A DNA stretch of 63,275 nucleotides, the filler included, from Stramenopiles sp. TOSAG23-6 (taxonomy: Eukaryota): assembly GCA_900128565.1 (NCBI GenBank). It is 7 parts of 7 records of this genome, joined end to end, with 100 filler letters (N's around TTAATTAATTAA, not from the genome) between each part and the next. Parts side by side here need not be neighbours in the genome. Positions count along the whole stretch, not along the records: positions 1 to 12,022 come from LT636225.1; 6 more parts are not named here. One strand, given 5' to 3'. Every line of letters starts with the position of its first letter. Positions within the stretch are counted from its first letter, which is position 1. Below the pieces are notes generated by a model that was given only the letters and a program-made list of their open reading frames with translations, did no database searches and was not told the origin of the DNA. This document shows positions 1 to 10,973 of the stretch, piece after piece. Made by a program: the position numbers and the translations under genes.

Positions 1-94
1 TGGACACAAATAATTGTGCTTTGCGAAATAATCAATCATTTTATCCCTACGATCGGGAAAATTAATTGGACTGAAGAAGGCTAAAGTGAAAACA

Positions 95-1165
95 ATGGCT
101 AGAAAAAAAACACAAAAATCATCGAATGTGTCCAAAAGTTTAAAACGTGAGAAGACCAAAATGGAAGAAAACAAAACGATATTACAAGAAACATCTATTT
201 TACCAGAGGTAAGAATGTGCAATACTTCTAAACCAAATATATCAAGTATTATAGCAGATAAAAGTGAAAATGGATATTGTGATGTAAAGAATGAAGGTAG
301 CGATTATGAAGTAAAAAAGAATGTTAGTAATACTATTGAAACAAATATTATAGATGATATTGTACATACTAATAATACTATTGAAACAAATATTATAGAT
401 GAGATATCAAACGTAAGTAACATTGCTGTGAGAGATTTACCAAAATCTGTTCACTCTTCAATATCAAAAAAAATTAGACAGATGTTAAGAGAGAAAAAAA
501 TCAGACAAACCACATTGGCCAAAGAGTGGGGAATGTATGTTTTAATTGTTTTTTTCATACGAAATTTTGTACCTAAACAAAAATTAACAAAAATTCAAAT
601 TTTTTTTTTGAAATATTTTTATACAATACATGTTGAATAGTGTTGTCATATCACAATGGCTGGGTGGTAATATATTGACTCAGCATAACGTGGTAGTAGC
701 TGGTCAGAAATTGATCGTACGTTTTCAAACAAAATTGTTTCNTTTTTTTTTATATGAAATTTTGTACCTAACAAAACAAATTAAAAATGTTGGAAAAAAA
801 AATATTTTTAATAGTACAGGAATGGTATATACAAAATGGTGGTGATGTAACACTTGTACCAGAGAAATTGAAAGATGATTTGGAATCAAATGCGAATAAC
901 AAAAGGCTAAAAAAACGGAATGAAAATTCATCAAAAATACTAATGAAACAAGAAAATATTGTTTCAAAACAAGAAAATATTGTTTCAAAACAAGAAAATA
1001 TTGTTTCAAAACAAGAAAAGACTCTTTCAAAACAAGAAAATATTGTTTCAAAACAAGAAAATATTGTTTCATATAACTTTGATGAAGTCTATGAACATTT
1101 TCGCGTGATTCATACACGTGCTCGTCATAAAGCACAAATCAGTGTCACCGGTGCTGGTTTAGTAT
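95..1165 (+). CDS. Hypothetical protein with HTH-like segment (exons 95-534, 632-716, 820-~1165); 3' continuation uncertain
   Basis: Removing 535-631 and 717-819 joins three ORFs in frame, giving KKIRQTTLAKEWGMLNSVVISQWLGG (resembles a lambda-repressor-type HTH). Contains KQENIVS repeats. Confidence 0.5.
535..631 (+). mobile_element. Introner-like intron, GT...AT
   Basis: GGA AT|GTATGT...TACCTAAAC...AATACAT|G TTG; ATG duplicated at the junctions; frame restored. Confidence 0.8.
717..819 (+). mobile_element. Introner-like intron, GT...AG copy
   Basis: ATC|GTACGT...TACCTAAC...GTACAG|GAA; frame restored. Confidence 0.75.
946..1070 (+). repeat. 21-bp coding tandem repeat (KQENIVS)
   Basis: AAACAAGAAAATATTGTTTCA repeated about 6 times. 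Confidence 0.9.
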
Positions 1166-1255
1166 GTATGTTTTATTTTTTTTCCATTTCAATTTTTTTT
1201 CGTACGAAATGTTGTACCTAACAGTTTTTTTTTGAAATATTTTTCCAAAATACAT

Positions 1256-2101
1256 GTTCTGGGGACACAAGAAATTTTGCGATTGGCTGTGACAAATGGA
1301 TTATTCGAAACTCGAGTGAAACCTGTTTTTTATGTAAGTACTAATGGAATTTTCCCATATGGTACCGGGGAACGATTCAAAGAAGATTCAACACCAAGTG
1401 ATTATCATTTTTTCGATAATGGAAATCTTCGAGAGGATGTGGATGGATATGCAATTTCTAAATTTATTGCTGAAAATTTAACAAAACAAGCTCGAAGTCG
1501 AGGATTGCCTGTTACAATAGTCAGACCAGGTAATATGGCTGGTTGTTCTAAGACCGGTTCTTGGAATGAAACAGATTTCGTGTATAATTTACTATGTGGA
1601 TGTCTTTTACTTGGTGTTGTTCCGAGTGGCAATGAAGTTAAAAAATGGTTTTTTGATTTGACACCTGTAAATTTTGCTGCTGCTTCTATTATAAGCCTTA
1701 TTAAATATCCACAAAATTCTTTAGGTAGAGTTTTTCATATACAATCTCCACATCCTCATGTTGCAGCTACAAAGGTATTTACGTGGTTATGTAAAATTGG
1801 ATCATCAAAAGGATGGATTGTGCGAAGAAGTATGACAAATTCTAAGGCAACATCAATGAATGAAGTTTCACTTGATACATTCAAAACAATTTTGCAAAAA
1901 TCGGCGATGAATGAATTTGAACAAGTGGGAGAATCGAATGTAATTCAACGCTTGTTTGCAGGTTTTGATTCATTTATATACTATTTAAAATCACCACCTA
2001 TATTGGATTCCACCCAGTTACATCGTGAAGTGGATGGTAAAATTTCACCTTGTACAAAACTTGATGAAAACTTGTTGAAATTGTATATGCAAAACTCATG
2101 A
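1256..2101 (+). CDS. C-terminal part of a thioester reductase (NRPS/Lys2-type extended SDR) domain
   Basis: Motifs VLGTQEILRLA, YVST, GYAISKFIAE (YxxxK), IVRPG and DLTPVNFAA. The N-terminal Rossmann half is not found upstream. Confidence 0.8.
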   Translation, partial: VLGTQEILRLAVTNGLFETRVKPVFYVSTNGIFPYGTGERFKEDSTPSDYHFFDNGNLREDVDGYAISKFIAENLTKQARSRGLPVTIVRPGNMAGCSKTGSWNETDFVYNLLCGCLLLGVVPSGNEVKKWFFDLTPVNFAAASIISLIKYPQNSLGRVFHIQSPHPHVAATKVFTWLCKIGSSKGWIVRRSMTNSKATSMNEVSLDTFKTILQKSAMNEFEQVGESNVIQRLFAGFDSFIYYLKSPPILDSTQLHREVDGKISPCTKLDENLLKLYMQNS

Positions 2102-2345
2102 CTGTTTTCTTATCAACATTTGTACAAAAACTTGATGAAAACTTGATGAAATTGTATATACAAAACTCATGGGTGGTACATTTTTTCTATTATAAATGTT
2201 TCTTTTTGTAATATATAGTCGCAAAAACATTCTAATTATTTTTTGATAAAAAATTTTGTACTTTACATCACATGAATATGAAAACAAAAGTTTAATTTTA
2301 TATATGGACGGTTTAATTAAAACGTAATAGAAACTATTATTAATA

Positions 2346-3302
2346 CTACACATCATTATGGATACTACTTTCGTAAGTAGGTATGATATATTTAATGTTA
2401 ATGTAAGCATTATCCCCACCAGCCTTTTCAAAAATATCTAAAGTTTCTTCTATCAAAGCACAAAGAGTACCACCTTCACCTCTTTTATAACCAATTAAAT
2501 CTGTATCATCTTCTTTGTCTGAACCAAATGAATCAGTACATAAAACATTTGGGGCATTAACGAGGTAATAATTACATATTGGTAGAAGAAATTTATAATA
2601 TTGGACAAGTTCGATGTAGTACAAAAGAATATATCAAATATAAATTTGTTAGGTACAGAATTTCGTACCAAAACAAAAATGGAGTAGATACGAAACAAAA
2701 ATGCAGATAAACTAAAAATGATGAAAAAGTACATTCCTGCTTCTGGTGCGTTTGCTTTAACAAGCCACTGCAACACCTTTAACATTCGAGTGATTGATGC
2801 AGGTTCTTTAGTATCTAACACGCGTTTTGCTGGCATGATTAATTTAGGAAGAAGTTCTATTATTGTATCTTTATTCACAAATTCTAATAAACCTTGAAGA
2901 GAATTTTGTACCATGTTATGTGAAAAATATGATTTGATATTTGTTAGGTACAGAATTTCGTACCAAAAAAAAAAATTGAAATTCCCTAGTGACAACAAAC
3001 ATGAACGAAAAGGGCTCTTCAGTTTCTACAAGGCCATCAATAAACATCGGTAATAAATAAGGGATGTCTAAGTCTTCCATTTTGCAATCCCAAATGATTG
3101 TGCGTACACCACCTTCAAACGAAACACGAAGTGGCAACGTACTTCTCTGATACTCTCGGCGAAATTGAGTCTCAATCTTGACTACTTTCTTTTTTTTTCC
3201 ACTGCCAGACTTTGAACTCTTAGAAGGACTACGAGATATAGTTTTTGGACGCCTTGCACCTGCAGTACTTATAGACCTCGATGTTAATGCACCACTATTC
3301 AT
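2346..3302 (-). CDS. PACRG: Parkin co-regulated (axonemal) protein family; introns 2913-3000 and 2614-2732
   Basis: FRREYQRSTLP, LLPMFIDGLVETEEPFSFM, LVQYYKFLLPICN and GGDNAYINIKYIIPTYES. Both introns are GT...CAT. Confidence 0.8.
2614..2732 (-). mobile_element. Introner-like intron, GT...AT
   Basis: GGA AT|GTAC...TACAT|C GAA gives AGIELVQYY; only AT is duplicated. Confidence 0.8.
2913..3000 (-). mobile_element. Introner-like intron, GT...AT
   Basis: TTC AT|GTTTGT...AACAT|G GTA gives EEPFSFMVQNSLQGLL. Confidence 0.8.
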
Positions 3303-3558
3303 TTTGTGCTTAAATATTGGTGACAATTATTGTCAAAGACAAAATGCTTGAGAGTATATACTAGTTCGCAGATATACTGTATAGTACCTAAAGCTAGAGA
3401 GAAGGCTAAAAAATAGCAAAAAATAAAAGTGAAACCGTTGTTGTCAACGGAAACTACTGATAGTATATACTATAGGCTATATATAGTGCTTCAGCTACAA
3501 ACGAACAAAAAAGAAATTAGAGGTTTCTGTTTTATTTTTGATGAAATAGCATCTGTTA

Positions 3559-6055
3559 ATGCTGATGCAACTAAAAAAAACTAATATGTATTATAGTATT
3601 GTTACTTTTATATTTTGGGCTTTATATAGATCAGAAATAGTATTGGCAGCTTGCCCAAACAATTGTTCTAATCATGGACTATGTTCCAGTTCCAAATGCA
3701 CTTGCTTTCATGGTTTTACTGGAAGTGATTGTTCTAGAAGACATTGTAACGTTGGACGTGCGTGGTTTGATGTTGCTAGTGCAACAGATGTAGCACATCA
3801 AGATAATATTGAGTGTTCTGGAATGGGTTTCTGTGACCAAATGACTGGAATATGCCGATGCAGACCTGGTTTCTCTGGTTGGGCGTGTGAAAGAATGGAT
3901 TGTCCAAAAGATAAACAACATAGGGACTGTAACGGACATGGTACCTGCACTACGATGAGAGAAGCTGCTGAAGGTTTTGATGGCTATCGGTTAATAAACC
4001 CATCTACTACATATTCATTATGGGACGCAGATAAAATTATGGGTTGTATTTGTGATGAAGGTTGGTCTGGATATATATGTTTTCATTTTTAATTTCAATT
4101 TTTTTTTTGGTATTATTATTATTAGGGTATTCGGTATACCTAACGATTTTTTTTTCTACAATATTCTTTCACTATACATGATTGTGGTGAACGAAATTGT
4201 CCTTCTGGCGATGATCCTTTAACTACTACTGGTGTAGATGAAGTACAAACATTTCAGTGTGCTTGTACCAATTGCAATGAAGGAACATACCAATTTTTAT
4301 TTCGTGGATCTTCATCTAGTGCGATATCCTATAATGCAACACAAGCTGAAGTAGAAACTGCAATTGAAGCCATGAATACAATTGACTTTGTCACTCTTTC
4401 TTGGTCTATTGCTGGTGGTGCAATTGATTCTACATCACAAGTGTGTGGATCTGATAGTAGGACTCTTGCCATAACATTTAATTCTGAAAGTGGAGATATA
4501 CCAGATTTAATTGCAAATTCAGAATCTACTGATATCAGTCTAACAGTTACAGAAGATACAAAAGGAACAAAAGAAAATGCACCTTGTAATAATCGAGGAT
4601 TTTGTACCACAGATCGACTAAGTGAATACGGGGGTACATATATGTTTTATTTTTTTTTGCATTTCGAATGTATTCTTATTTTCATACGAAATTTTGTACC
4701 TAACAAAAAATAGTACAAAAACAAATATTTTTTCACAGTACATGCAATTGTGTTGATCTTGGTATCATTGCATTTTTATCTAGTAATGGTAAAGGTGAAC
4801 TTGGAAATAGAGGTGATTGTGGAGTAAGTAAGCCAGGAGTTACTATTGCCAATTGTCCTTTATCATCATTCACTACTACTGGTACTGATTTTTGTGCAGG
4901 ACATGGAGTCTGTGATTCAACTACAAAAGTTTGTACTTGTTACCCCGGCTGGAAAGGTCATAATTGTGAGTTACGCAAATGCCCTTTAGCAAAAGCTTGG
5001 TTTGATGAAGCTACTGGTGCTAACACTGCACATGCATTAGCAGAATGTGCAGCACGTGGGACGTGTGATGTACGTTTTCATCTCAATTTTTTGTTTAATT
5101 TTTTTTTCATACGAAATTTTGTACCTAATGAGTTTTTTTTTGAAATATTTTTTCATAATACATGCCGGGACAGGAAAATGTTCATGTCAGGATGGATTTG
5201 AAGGTGCAGATTGTTCTCGTTTGGCTTGTCCCATGTCTGCTTCTGGTATTTGTGGTGGTGTAGGTAGATGTATATCAATGAGAGACTTGGCATCTGCAAA
5301 TGGCAAAATATATGGTGCTACAGGAAGTGGTGATACTGTGTGGGATGCAGATATGATGTATGGTTGTAATTGTGATCAATATTCAGATAATTACAACACA
5401 TACGCAGTTGGTGGACGTTCAGGAGATGCTTCAGGTACTGGCCAAAACTTTTTTGGGTACAATTGTAGTCGACGCCAATGTCGTTCTGGCCCTCAATTAG
5501 CATGTAATGGTAGCCCTACAGATATGGAAGCCCAAACAATAGTTTGTTCATTAACAGCAGGTTCTTTCACTTTATCCTTTTCATCAATGACAACTTCAAG
5601 TATCTCTTTTGATGCAACAGCTGCTACATTGCGTACTGCATTAATTGAACTTTCAAATATTGGTGATGTAAATGTAACATTTTCAGCTGGAACTTCACTT
5701 TGTACATCAGGTGGAACAAATACAGTTACTATTGATTTTCTCACAGAATATGGAGATGTATGTTTTATTTTTTTTCAAATTCAATTTTTTTTTCATACGA
5801 AATTTTGTACCTAACAAATTTTTTTTTAAATATTTTTCCAAAATACATGTAGCAGAATTTACCTCATCAAGCGGCAGTGTAATTGTGGATGAATCTACAA
5901 AAGGAACTCGTACAATAGAGGAATGTTCAGGTAATGGATATTGTAACTATAAAACTGGATTATGCCAATGCAATAAAGACTATGGTAGTAGTGACGGGAA
6001 TGCAGGACAAGGGAAATTGGGCGATTGTAGTTATCGAAATATGTTATTAGAATAA
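3559..6055 (+). CDS. Secreted EGF-like/tenascin-like cysteine-rich protein; introns 4075-4179, 4640-4743, 5070-5163, 5758-5848
   Basis: Signal peptide, CPNNCSNHGLC, ECSGMGFCD..TG.C.C, WDADKIMGCICD and CPSGDDP motifs; all four removals keep frame and Cys spacing. Confidence 0.85.
4075..4179 (+). mobile_element. Introner-like intron, AT...AT
   Basis: GGA TAT|ATATGT...TATACAT|GAT TGT gives GWSGYDCGERNCPSGDDP. Confidence 0.8.
4640..4743 (+). mobile_element. Introner-like intron, AT...AT
   Basis: ACA T|ATATGT...GTACAT|GC AAT TGT gives GTCNC. Confidence 0.8.
5070..5163 (+). mobile_element. Introner-like intron, GT...AT
   Basis: TGT GAT|GTACGT...AATACAT|GCC GGG ACA gives GTCDAGTGKCSC. Confidence 0.85.
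5758..5848 (+). mobile_element. Introner-like intron, GT...AT (near-consensus copy)
   Basis: GAT|GTATGT...CATACGAAATTTTGTACCTAAC...AAATATTTTTCCAAAATACAT|GTA. Confidence 0.85.
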
Positions 6056-6372
6056 AAAGAAATAAAGACTTTTTATGTTACTTTTAAAATATGGTTTTAG
6101 AATAATACAAAGTGAATCAATTCAGTGTTTAATAATTTCCATATTTCAAATAAGATTCCTAATTTTGTTAAAAATAGATAATGTATATACTACTACGACT
6201 AGTAGTGGAATTTTATTCAAGAAAAAAAAAAAATCGAAAAAAAAAAAGAAAAAAAATCGATAATAAAAAAAAGAGCATTATTATTATGTAACCGTCTGGT
6301 GGTCTCTGAAAATAAACGCTTCTTATCTAAATCTTATTTCCTAGCTAGTTTCTCAGAATCAGAACGACAGAG

Positions 6373-6843
6373 ATGAAACGTACAATGAAAATAGCCAAGT
6401 CTCAGTACATATATACTTACATATTAGCTTTTTTCATTTTATCATTTTCATACGTAGTAGAAGCATCAAAGAAACGAGCGAGAAAAAAACGTAAGTCAGT
6501 CAATGCACCAACAAAATTCCTAAAACTTATATTTTGGGCATCTTTATTTGCATTTATTCCACTCATGTGTGTGACTCTTTATCGGCTGTATAATGACCCA
6601 GCTATCCCACGTATTTGGGCAATTGCGCAACGCAAAATTAAAAAATCATTAGCCGCTAGTTTAACCGAAACAACAGAAAAAGAAAACAATGACGGAAGAC
6701 AAAATAACGTTGAAAAGAAAGACGTAAAGAGTTCTGGTACACTTACCTCTGAAAGTAGAGTGCGAAAACGAATTGTATCTCCAACAAAAACAGTCGTATC
6801 CACGCCTGTAAATTCTATTTCATTCCCTCCCTCTGGAGTATAA
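6373..6843 (+). CDS. Hypothetical small membrane protein
   Basis: 156-aa ORF with an N-terminal hydrophobic segment and a second TM-like segment. Confidence 0.55.
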   Translation: MKRTMKIAKSQYIYTYILAFFILSFSYVVEASKKRARKKRKSVNAPTKFLKLIFWASLFAFIPLMCVTLYRLYNDPAIPRIWAIAQRKIKKSLAASLTETTEKENNDGRQNNVEKKDVKSSGTLTSESRVRKRIVSPTKTVVSTPVNSISFPPSGV

Positions 6844-6946
6844 AAGATTTCCCGGTACAACATCCTATAAAAAAAAATAAATAAAAAGTTATTCAAATTT
6901 ATTCAAATGTATTCAAAATTTTATGAAAATAAAGGACACTCCTTTA

Positions 6947-7876
6947 TTAATATCTTCCTCCTCCGCCTCCATCACGTCCACCATCATTGTAGCCACCGCG
7001 GTCTTGACGATCATATGATCTGTCATCCCTTCCTCCAGATCTGTCATCTCTTCCTCCAGATCTGTCATCTCTTCCATATCTGTCATCCCTTCCTCCATAT
7101 CTGTCATCCCGATCTCTTCCACGTCTGTCATCATATCTGTCATAATCACGATCTCTTCCATAATCGCGATCACGTCCTCTGTAACCTCAAGTAATGTGAT
7201 AAAATATTTCATGAAAAAAATCTGTTAGGTATAACATTCTCTATGAAAAAAAAAAAAAAGTGTAAGGTCAAAAAAAAAAACATACCGCCACCACCACGAT
7301 AGCCGCCACCACCGCCGCCGCGATAGCCACCACCACCTCGAGGGGGACCACCAAAACCTGGATCTTCATCGCATCCTCCAGTGACTTGTTCAGCCCGGTA
7401 TTTACCCTTGCGTTCATCGAATATTTTTACAAATTCAACTTGAGCTCCTTCCTTGAGGCATGTATTATGAAAAATATTTCAAAAAAAATCGTTAGGTACA
7501 AAATTTCCTACGAAAAAAATAAATTCGAAATTCATGATGAAAACGTACATCTGCCATCTTCAATGCAGGAGAAGTGACAAAAGACATCTTCTCCACCAGC
7601 ATCAGGGGCAATGAACCCAAAACCACGACGGTTCCAACGCTGAGCAACACCTTTGACGCGTTCCTGACCACCGCCTTGCCCATTCATGGCACCACGATCG
7701 TCCTGAGCACGATCACCAGTGCGACCTCTGGAACGAGAACGGGATCTGGATCTGGAACGGGAACGAGACCTGGAGCGTTTGTCTCGTGCTCCATTTACTG
7801 GAGCAGTTTCCTTCTCCAATTTTTTAGCCGCATTGCGCGGGCTACGTCTTGGGCTGTTGGCTGGACTTGCTGACAT
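6947..7876 (-). CDS. Cold-shock domain RNA-binding protein with RS and RGG/RD-rich regions; introns 7460-7548 and 7186-7285
   Basis: KGVAQRWNRRGFGFIAPDAGGEDVFCHFS; after splicing DGRCLKEGAQVEF...KYRAEQVTGG. Confidence 0.9.
7460..7548 (-). mobile_element. Introner-like intron, GT...AT
   Basis: AGA T|GTACGT...AATACAT|GC CTC AAG GAA GGA completes the cold-shock domain. Confidence 0.85.
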
Positions 7877-8251
7877 TTTATCTGTGTATTTTACAATACA
7901 GATTTTGATCAACAACAAAGCGCGCACCGAAGAGGAGGAGGAGGAAGCACTCTGATCTCTTGACTTGAGACACATTTTTTTGGACTGGTTGAATAATTTC
8001 GTACCTAATTGGTACGGGAAAAAAAAAAAGTCAGTGGAGCGACTTTTTTTCCTTCCTCTTCGCGACCACGGTAGTTAGCTAGGGTTAGGGTTAAGATGAG
8101 TTCCTGGCCATTCTTCTTGAAGACTTCTTCAGCCTGTCAACTCACAAACAGTACAAAATAGATACTAATACCTACTNTCAACAAAATACAGTTTTTCTTG
8201 TCGTTAATACATTACTTATTATTCCTTCATATTTTAGAATAGAAGAAAGCG

Positions 8252-10855
8252 ATGTTGGCAGTTCCTCTGAGAAAGACAAAGGATGCGGATCTTTTTCGCC
8301 CATTAAAGATAATGATCCAAAGAGATCAAGGTGTGTCCTTTTTTAAGAAAGTACGTGGTAAAGATTCAACCAAAGAGCACGACCGTGCACTGCAGGTGTT
8401 CAATTCTCTGCGTGATCAAATGGTTTCCGTGCTTAATTCTGATGAAATTACTTCGGAGAAGTTACAAACTCTCTATGGTTATTATGCTCAGTGTGAATAC
8501 GCAAAACGCCGCTTTGTCGGGGCTCCCATTCGAGTTCACTGGTATAATGCCTTTCTCGGTGGAGGTGGGACGCGTAAAGCCTCAGTAGACTCTTTAGAAA
8601 ATCTTCAAATAAGTAATGGTTTTGACAATGAACAACAAAATGTTCTTTACAACATTGCCGCATATGAAGGGCTAATTGGAATATACACAGACCGAAGCAT
8701 TCCTTCCGGATCAAAAGACTCTGCGCGACATTTTTCCATTGCTGCAGGTATATTTGAATATTTGGCCGCACAGCAAGAGTCTTCAACGAGTAATGCAAGC
8801 ACCTTAGCAGATCATCAAACAGAAACTCTCAGAGCATTTTCCCAATTGATGCTCGCGTGTAGTCAAGTTTGCTTCTATGAAAAAGGTGTAATAAGTAAAA
8901 TGAGCCCCAAAACTTTGGCACGTCTTGCACTTGGTGCAAAAGTACAGTTTGAGAAATGTATTGAACCAATGAGAAGCTTCGTTCCTTATGGAAAATGGAT
9001 ACACAAAATTCAACTACAAGTGCTTTGTTTTGAAGGTGCAGCTCATTATTGGCAATCTCATGTTGAGAAGGAAGCAGCACTTGCCAGTGGGAGTAAGTAT
9101 GGAATGGAAATTACTCGACTAAAAAAAGCTGAAACTTTAGTGATTCAAGCGGAGGCGTTAGGAAAGAGTCATTCTTTACCAAATACCTTATTAAGTTCTT
9201 GTACTGCCCTTGCTGATAAGATTCAGATTGTCATGCAAAGTGCAGTGGAAATGAATAATTCTGTATATATGGATATGATTCCCTCCTTACATGAATTGGC
9301 ACCTATTAAACCGGCAGTGGTTGCAAAAATAACTTCATTTGATTCATCTTGTCTTTTACGTGGTGGTAAAATTGCCCCAGAAGGTATCTTAGCTGTAGAT
9401 TTATTTCAAAATATAATTCCACATGAAATAACTAACGCCACTGTGGAATACGTACAAAGAGTTGAGACTATCGTAAATGAAATCAAGGAAGTTGTTTCAA
9501 CGGAAGGAGATTTAGCTAGAGCATCGCTTGCATCCCTTGGTTTACCCGCCGCAATTGATGCTGAAAGTGTCGGAAATGATCTTCCAGATTCTACTTGGTC
9601 GAAAGTGAGTGAAGTGCAATCATTAGGTGGAATAAGTGGAATTCAAGAAGATATAAAATTATCTGGAAAAACGTTGCAATCTATTCGTCATTCAATATCG
9701 TCCATACGTAAAGATTTGGATGTAGAGGAGAGTGAAGATAATACATATCGTAGTCAATATGGCAATAGATGGACACGTGTCATGTCAAAATCTTTGACTA
9801 TACCTTTTAGAAATGAAATAAAAGAGTATGAAGTTGTCCTAGAAAAAGCGGCACATGCGGATCGAAAGGTTGAGGAAAAGGCGTCTTCTTCTATGAGTCA
9901 ATTGGTACGATTGTCTGCAAGTAAAGCTCAACTTGACAGAGAAATGCCTGATGCTGATCCAGATGCAATTCGTGCGTCTGATTCTACAAAAGAAAACTTG
10001 CAAGCCTTGCTTATAGATCTGGGTAATAATATAAAAGAACGTGAAGAAATGTGTGAAAAGCTAAAACAAATGATTCAAACTACACCTGTTTCGTTAGGAG
10101 GTAAAGAAGGATCTAATGAGTGTTCTAGTCGAGTAGCTCTTCAAATGTCCATTCAAAAAGCGTTAACGAAAGATGGAATGCACGATGATGGTCATGGAAT
10201 GCTTGTTTTATCAGGTAAAGAAAAAGTGTTTGCCAAGGAAATGGAACCAATCACGTCAATGAAGGATGCGATACATGTTGGTGTTACGAGACAGAAAAAG
10301 TTATTAGAAGAAATAACTTCTGCCAATGATTTATTTTTGAAATCCAAAAATAAGTCATCTGAATCATCTCAACGTCAAGAATTTTGTCAATCAATTCTTT
10401 CAGGTTGTGATAAATTTCATGAGCTAAAGTCAAATGTGCGTGATGGGAAGGAATTTTATGAGGGGATTCTAAATCGTTGTATTGCCTTATCTCAGACTGT
10501 GAAAGACTTTTTATACACAAGATCAATGGAAACAAAAGAACTTATAGCTTCACTTGCTAAAGGTGTCCAAGCTACGCCAGCACTAGCACAACCATCTCCT
10601 CCCCCATATGAAGCTCCTGCTCAAGCTGTTCCTGTACAGAATTCTAGTAACATTGCACCTGGGCTTCCTGCGCCACCAGCTTATACTTTACCTCCTCCAT
10701 CAGCTCCACAATCCTCGGCACCACAATCACAGTATGAAATGGCTCTTGCTCAGTTGAGAAATATGGGTTTTGGTGATGAACAAGCTTCAATGAAAGCTTT
10801 ACAGCAAACAGGTGGTAAGGTAGAGCCTGCCGTAGAAATTTTATTGAGAGGTTAA
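8252..10855 (+). CDS. BRO1: ALIX/Bro1-family ESCRT adaptor (Bro1 + V domain + Pro-rich + UBA)
   Basis: MLAVPLRKT start, W.NAF, EQQNVLYNIAA, NNSVYMD, SLGLPAAID, YGNRWTR..S, GKEFY and C-terminal LRNMGF UBA; intronless. Confidence 0.9.
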   Translation: MLAVPLRKTKDADLFRPLKIMIQRDQGVSFFKKVRGKDSTKEHDRALQVFNSLRDQMVSVLNSDEITSEKLQTLYGYYAQCEYAKRRFVGAPIRVHWYNAFLGGGGTRKASVDSLENLQISNGFDNEQQNVLYNIAAYEGLIGIYTDRSIPSGSKDSARHFSIAAGIFEYLAAQQESSTSNASTLADHQTETLRAFSQLMLACSQVCFYEKGVISKMSPKTLARLALGAKVQFEKCIEPMRSFVPYGKWIHKIQLQVLCFEGAAHYWQSHVEKEAALASGSKYGMEITRLKKAETLVIQAEALGKSHSLPNTLLSSCTALADKIQIVMQSAVEMNNSVYMDMIPSLHELAPIKPAVVAKITSFDSSCLLRGGKIAPEGILAVDLFQNIIPHEITNATVEYVQRVETIVNEIKEVVSTEGDLARASLASLGLPAAIDAESVGNDLPDSTWSKVSEVQSLGGISGIQEDIKLSGKTLQSIRHSISSIRKDLDVEESEDNTYRSQYGNRWTRVMSKSLTIPFRNEIKEYEVVLEKAAHADRKVEEKASSSMSQLVRLSASKAQLDREMPDADPDAIRASDSTKENLQALLIDLGNNIKEREEMCEKLKQMIQTTPVSLGGKEGSNECSSRVALQMSIQKALTKDGMHDDGHGMLVLSGKEKVFAKEMEPITSMKDAIHVGVTRQKKLLEEITSANDLFLKSKNKSSESSQRQEFCQSILSGCDKFHELKSNVRDGKEFYEGILNRCIALSQTVKDFLYTRSMETKELIASLAKGVQATPALAQPSPPPYEAPAQAVPVQNSSNIAPGLPAPPAYTLPPPSAPQSSAPQSQYEMALAQLRNMGFGDEQASMKALQQTGGKVEPAVEILLRG

Positions 10856-10973
10856 TCAATAGCATGTCATTTTAAAAATATACGTTGATTCAATAAAAAA
10901 CACTAACCCTAATAACATTGATTCAATAAAATAATAGTAAAAGTGTAAAAGTTTATTATAATAGTAATCATAT

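Noticed and set aside
535-631. Ciliate-type DNA-eliminated IES
   Set aside because: Strict sense orientation, GTAYGT start and CTAAC motif argue for RNA-level splicing. Boundaries are not TA and the genetic code looks standard.
2052-2171. Duplicated TGTACAAAACTTGATGAAAACTTG...AAAACTCATG
   Set aside because: Simple local tandem duplication of the gene end; no further structure.
3435-3450. CCGTTG-TTGT-CAACGG inverted repeat upstream of PACRG as a ciliary X-box
   Set aside because: Poor match to the X-box consensus and a single occurrence.
5758-5848. Reading the inserts as classical U12 AT-AC introns (2-nt shifted register)
   Set aside because: No ATATCCTT 5' signature or TTCCTTAAC branch, and the shift creates a stop at 25210. 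It cannot be fully excluded for individual copies without cDNA.
6907-7212. His/Cys-rich and MTDxEE ORFs
   Set aside because: Alternative frames of the RDDRYGG repeat exon of the cold-shock protein.
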